Shown: positions 59,796 to 64,000 of the stretch, piece after piece
Position numbering within the stretch: position 1 is the stretch's first letter
Layout of the letters: every line of letters begins with the position of its first letter
Source of the DNA: Candidatus Enterousia sp.
GTDB lineage: Bacteria; Pseudomonadota; Alphaproteobacteria; Rs-D84
Direction of reading: 5' to 3'
Length of the DNA: 64,000 bases
Assembly (NCBI GenBank): GCA_045614665.1
Contig: JAZLDI010000021.1
Coordinates: 20,108-84,107 of the forward strand
Position numbers and translations under genes: made by a program
Notes under the pieces: generated by a model
What the model was told of the DNA's origin: nothing
What the model saw: only the letters and a program-made list of their open reading frames with translations
The model's database searches: none

Positions 59796-62195
59796 ATGAA
59801 CATAGAACTTGGCAAGAATATAAATCCACGTGATATCGAAACCAGAATTCAAGAATTCTGGGATAAAAACACATTTTGGAATAATGATGTTAATTCGGAT
59901 AAACCGTCATTTTGCATTATGATGCCACCGCCGAACGTGACGGGAAATTTGCATATGGGACATGCGTTGGATAATGTTCTTACGGATATTATGTGTCGTT
60001 ATAAACGTATGGCGGGCTTTGACGTTTTGTGGCAGCCCGGAACCGATCATGCATCGATTGCGACCCAGTTATTGGTGGAACGTGATTTGTCCAAGCGTGG
60101 AATTAACCCGCATTCCCTGACATTGGATGAAAAATTAAACGCGGCCTGGACGTGGAAGGCTGACAAAGGCGGTCAGATTATGAACCAGTTGCATATTTTG
60201 GGCGTGACGCCCGTATGGCAACGCGAACGCTTCACAATGGACGAAGGTTTGTCTGCGGCGGTTACAAAACTGTTTGTTAAGATGTATAACGAAGGGTTAA
60301 TTTATCGTGAAAAACGCCTGGTTAATTGGTGCCCGAAACAGATGACATCTGTATCAGATCTGGAAGTTGAAACCCGTGATGAAAAGGGCAAGTTCTATTA
60401 TTTTAACTATCCATTGGTTGGCGGTGGTGTTGTTGAAATTGCGACAACGCGCCCCGAAACATTATTCGGTGACCAGGCGATTGCTGTTCATCCAGAAAAT
60501 GAAAAATTAAAACACTTGATTGGTCGTCACGCGATTATCCCGTTGACTGATATAGAAATTCCAATCATAGGTGACGAACATGCAGACCCGGAAAAGGGAA
60601 CAGGTGCGGTAAAGATTACGCCTGCACATGATTTTGATGACTATGAGGTGGGTTTGCGTCATAATTTAACCCCGGTCTGTATATTAACCCCGGATGCCAA
60701 GCTAAATGATAGTCCGGTTGTGCCTGAAAAATATCGTGGTCTGGATCGGTACAAGGCACGCGAAGCCGTTGTCGCAGATATCGAAACGGCGGGCCTGCTG
60801 GTAAAGGTAGAGGACAGAACAATCCCAACACCATATTCTGAACGTGGTGGTGTACCGGTCGAACCATATTTGACAGACCAATGGTTTGTTGATGCCGAAA
60901 AATTGGCTCAACCTGCAATCAAGGCGGTCGAAGAAGGCAAGATTAAGTTTATGCCAGAACATAGATATAACTTGTTTATGTCTTGGATGAAAAACATTCG
61001 TCCATGGACGATTTCGCGCCAGTTGTGGTGGGGGCATCATATTCCTGCGTGGTATGATGCGGATGGCAACGTCTATGTCGCAGAAACCGAAGAAGAAGCA
61101 ATTAAACAATCTGGTGGCAAAGAACTAACCCGTGATGGCGATGTTTTGGATACGTGGTTCTCGTCGGGATTGTGGCCGTTTTCAACATTGGGCTGGCCGA
61201 CCGATACGTTGGAATTAAAGAAATATTATCCAACCAGTCTGTTATACACCGCCGCCGATATTATCTTCTTCTGGGTTGCGCGTATGATTATGATGGGTAT
61301 TTATGTAATGGGTGACGTTCCGTTCAAGACGGTAAATTTCCACGGTCTGGTACGTGATGCCAAGGGACAAAAAATGTCCAAGACCAAGGGCAATGGCACT
61401 GATCCATTAACAACGGTTGAAAAATTTGGTGTCGATGCCTTGCGTTATTGGATTGCAACCGCCCCAATTGGTACCGATATTCGTTACAGTGATGACGAGG
61501 TTAAACGTGGTTCAAAACTGCTGACTAAATTATGGAACGCGTCAAAATATGTTCTGATGAATTTGTCTGATTTTGATCCGATGACTTCGGCGCAGATTCC
61601 GGTTTCCGAACGCTTTATCGAGGATTGTTGGGTGTTAAATGAATTGAACAAAACGATTGCTGAAACGCGCCGGAATTTGGATAAATATGACAACTATAAT
61701 TCACGCAGTGCGATTGATACTTTCTTCTGGGATATTTTCTGTGACCAGTATCTGGAATTTATCAAAGACCGTTTCTGGGCGCCTGAAAAATATAGTAACG
61801 AATCTAAATTATCGGCACAGTGGACGTTGTACACGGTATTGCGTGCGATTATCGGATTGTATGCCCCGTTCATACCGTTCTTGACCGAAGAATTATGGCA
61901 GAAAATTTACAAAGATTTCGAGGGGGGTGAAACACTGCACCTGACTGCATATCCAGAAACAAAATCGGAATACGAAACGGATGTGTCGCAAATGGATATT
62001 GCGCTGGAAATCTTGAAAAATGTTCGTGGACTGCGCACCGACAGAAAGGTTGGTAATGGTGCAAAACTGGAAACGCTGACAATTCCCGCAACAACACCGG
62101 ACGTATTGCATGGTCTGATTAAATCTGCGGCACGTGCAAACGAAATTATTCTGGGGGATGAGTTGGATTTTGTTGTTGCCGAACAGAAACAATAA
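59796..62195 (+). CDS. valS: valine--tRNA ligase
   Basis: Class I aaRS with HIGH-like (HMGHA) and KMSKT (KMSKTKGN) motifs, editing domain. 799 aa, lacking the long C-terminal coiled coil. Confidence 0.9.
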   Translation: MNIELGKNINPRDIETRIQEFWDKNTFWNNDVNSDKPSFCIMMPPPNVTGNLHMGHALDNVLTDIMCRYKRMAGFDVLWQPGTDHASIATQLLVERDLSKRGINPHSLTLDEKLNAAWTWKADKGGQIMNQLHILGVTPVWQRERFTMDEGLSAAVTKLFVKMYNEGLIYREKRLVNWCPKQMTSVSDLEVETRDEKGKFYYFNYPLVGGGVVEIATTRPETLFGDQAIAVHPENEKLKHLIGRHAIIPLTDIEIPIIGDEHADPEKGTGAVKITPAHDFDDYEVGLRHNLTPVCILTPDAKLNDSPVVPEKYRGLDRYKAREAVVADIETAGLLVKVEDRTIPTPYSERGGVPVEPYLTDQWFVDAEKLAQPAIKAVEEGKIKFMPEHRYNLFMSWMKNIRPWTISRQLWWGHHIPAWYDADGNVYVAETEEEAIKQSGGKELTRDGDVLDTWFSSGLWPFSTLGWPTDTLELKKYYPTSLLYTAADIIFFWVARMIMMGIYVMGDVPFKTVNFHGLVRDAKGQKMSKTKGNGTDPLTTVEKFGVDALRYWIATAPIGTDIRYSDDEVKRGSKLLTKLWNASKYVLMNLSDFDPMTSAQIPVSERFIEDCWVLNELNKTIAETRRNLDKYDNYNSRSAIDTFFWDIFCDQYLEFIKDRFWAPEKYSNESKLSAQWTLYTVLRAIIGLYAPFIPFLTEELWQKIYKDFEGGETLHLTAYPETKSEYETDVSQMDIALEILKNVRGLRTDRKVGNGAKLETLTIPATTPDVLHGLIKSAARANEIILGDELDFVVAEQKQ

Positions 62196-62207
62196 TGGGG
62201 TGTTTTT

Positions 62208-62936
62208 ATGGCCGATAAACTGACCGAAAAAAGGGTGTTACAGGCATATCAGTGCGATAGATTTGGTAATGTTCGTCCATTGATTTTGATGAACGAATTG
62301 CAATCGATTGCCGACCGTCATGCTGAAATTTTGGGCTGTGGTCGTACATATTGTCTGGAAAATAATGTTGGCTGGGTTGTGATGTATTATCTGGTCGATA
62401 TTATCGAATTACCGCGCGAGGGCGAAGAATTAACATTTACAACCTGGCCATCGTGCCAAGATGCCCTGCGTGCAACGCGTGATTTTGAAATCCACGGGTC
62501 TGATGGGCGTTTGATGGTTCGTGCGACAAGTCAATGGATTTTGATTGATATGGAGCGTCGCCGTCCATTGCCGTTGGAAAATCATTTGTCGCCAGATGTG
62601 GTTGTGCCACATCGTGCATATGGTTGCGCGTTTGAAAAATTCCCGGATTTTGAAACAGACAAAACGCATGTTATGAAATGTCGTTTTGATGATATTGACG
62701 TGAATCAACATATAAACAATGCGGTCTATGCGGTGTGGGCAACGGAAAGTGTCGGCTTTAAATATCGCAGCGAGCATAAATTGAAAAAAATCGATATCAA
62801 TTTCAAGAAAGAGGTTTCCGCCGACATCCCCGAAATTCGTATTGACGTTGCGATTGATGGCCTGACTACGCGTCATAAAATATGCAGTGGTGACACCGAA
62901 CACGCGGTTGTAATTTGCCACTGGGAACAGATATAG
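62208..62936 (+). CDS. acyl-ACP thioesterase family protein
   Basis: Double hotdog architecture with Acyl-ACP_TE-like N- and C-halves (…NxVGWVVMYY…, …DIDVNQHINNAVY…). 242 aa. Confidence 0.65.
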   Translation: MADKLTEKRVLQAYQCDRFGNVRPLILMNELQSIADRHAEILGCGRTYCLENNVGWVVMYYLVDIIELPREGEELTFTTWPSCQDALRATRDFEIHGSDGRLMVRATSQWILIDMERRRPLPLENHLSPDVVVPHRAYGCAFEKFPDFETDKTHVMKCRFDDIDVNQHINNAVYAVWATESVGFKYRSEHKLKKIDINFKKEVSADIPEIRIDVAIDGLTTRHKICSGDTEHAVVICHWEQI

Positions 62937-62998
62937 AAAAAATCCCGCCGTTTGGCGGGATATGTTTTAAAATAAAAAACCGCCAATTGGCGGTTTTT
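62936..62998. terminator. two back-to-back rho-independent terminators (thioesterase on plus, rpmH on minus)
   Basis: aaaaaatcccgccgtttggcgggatatgtttt followed by aaaaaaccgccaattggcggttttt. Confidence 0.55.
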
Positions 62999-62999
62999 A

Positions 63000-63152
63000 T
63001 TAATTCACTGCGCTAACTGCGATGCGTTTGCGACCCGCAGCGCGACGACGATTCAATACATCGCGACCACTTTTTGTTTCCATACGTGCGCGGAAACCGT
63101 GTGTGCGAACACGACGTGTTTTCGATGGTTGATATGTACGTTTTGTTGCCAT
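63000..63152 (-). CDS. rpmH: 50S ribosomal protein L34
   Basis: The reverse complement encodes [50 protein letters not shown] (50 aa). This is the canonical L34 sequence, and it is missing from the ORF track because it is under 60 aa. Confidence 0.85.
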   Translation of the reverse strand: MATKRTYQPSKTRRVRTHGFRARMETKSGRDVLNRRRAAGRKRIAVSAVN

Positions 63153-63463
63153 TTTATTTATCCTTCGGTTTTTCTCTTTGTCATTTCATATTGGCCGAAG
63201 CAGTACAAGACCAACCTGAAATAAATCCGTTTGCGGGTATATTTAAGCATATGTTTTTATAAAAAGCAAGTTTTATTTAGATTTTACTAAACCTAATTTT
63301 TTTAATCCTTCTTGAATCAGGTGGTATAAAAAAATTACCACAAATAAATTCCAAAAAGGCAAAAATAATTTGTCGTTCATTTTGAAAAAATCCTGTTGTT
63401 TTATGTTGATGTGATTTTACTGCAAATTGCGTGTTTGTCAATGTGTTTTTTGGGCTTTATTTC

Positions 63464-63493
63464 TTGACGTAAAGCGCAAAAATTTGCTATATT
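63464..63493 (+). promoter_or_regulatory. sigma-70-like promoter for gyrA: TTGACG, 18-nt spacer, TATATT
   Basis: ttgacg at 63464-63469 and tatatt at 63488-63493, about 30 nt upstream of the GGGAAAG Shine-Dalgarno motif and ATG at 63524. Confidence 0.4.
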
Positions 63494-63523
63494 TTAACTG
63501 TTATAAACAAGGGAAAGTGAAGT

Positions 63524-64000
63524 ATGTCTGAAATTATTAACGAAGTTGTTGAAAATCGTGTGCCACAATCGTCTTTGGAACATGAAATGCGGACCAGTTT
63601 CTTGGATTATGCGATGTCGGTTATTGTTGATCGTGCATTGCCAGATGTTCGTGACGGGTGCAAACCGGTTCATCGTCGAATTTTGTATGTTATGAATGAT
63701 GTTGCGCCTGCGACAAAGCCAACGGTAAAATCTGCGCGTATTGTCGGTGACGTTATGGGTAAATACCATCCGCATGGTGATTCTTCTATTTACGAAGCGA
63801 TGGTCCGCATGGGTCAGGATTTTTCCATGGGCGAAATGCTGGTCCAGGGCCAGGGTAACTTTGGTTCACGCGACGGGGACAAGGCTGCGGCTATGCGTTA
63901 TACAGAGGCGCGCCTTTCTAAACTGGGTGCGTCGTTAATGGATGATATGGACAAAGATACCGTTGATTGGATGCCGAATTTTGACGGTTCGTTACAAGAA
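63524..64000 (+). CDS. gyrA: DNA gyrase subunit A, N-terminal part (runs off the window end)
   Basis: …[34 protein letters not shown]…[21 protein letters not shown]… is the GyrA N-terminal consensus. GGGAAAG Shine-Dalgarno motif. No stop before the window edge. Confidence 0.85.
   Translation, partial: MSEIINEVVENRVPQSSLEHEMRTSFLDYAMSVIVDRALPDVRDGCKPVHRRILYVMNDVAPATKPTVKSARIVGDVMGKYHPHGDSSIYEAMVRMGQDFSMGEMLVQGQGNFGSRDGDKAAAMRYTEARLSKLGASLMDDMDKDTVDWMPNFDGSLQE

Overview
The window looks like a proteobacterial chromosome, probably an alphaproteobacterium with a reduced, rearranged genome. It is dense in housekeeping genes: rpoH, accBC, rnpA-yidD, mreB, guaC, parAB-rsmG, gpsA, der, lpxD-fabZ, infC, pal, skp, rlmN, surA-lptD-lptG, nusA-infB, pnp, ybaB, dnaX, rluD, a PBP1A, mraY-ftsW-murG, comF, valS, rpmH and the start of gyrA. 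Several conserved operons are visibly broken. rpmH lies about 55 kb from rnpA-yidD and no yidC follows. mreB has no mreCD. nusA-infB lacks rimP, rbfA, truB and rpsO. mraY-ftsW-murG has no murD. lpxD-fabZ has no lpxA. Two tRNA-Val genes (GAC and TAC) each flank a short accessory insertion. I found no IS element, integrase, CRISPR array or rRNA. Intergenic regions carry a recurring GCCGGC-N4-GCCGGC terminator hairpin. The most unusual locus is at 39.0-46.5 kb: a small type-IV-pilin-like gene inside the dnaX operon, then three tandem, translationally coupled genes for large (403-451 aa) paralogous proteins with prepilin-type N-termini, with no pilus-assembly genes in cis. Other candidates are a 1040-aa secreted Cys-rich repeat protein, a radical-SAM gene divergent from an ABC exporter, a tandem pair of unknown paralogs, a promoter-to-terminator sRNA candidate, and two degenerate parS-like palindromes.
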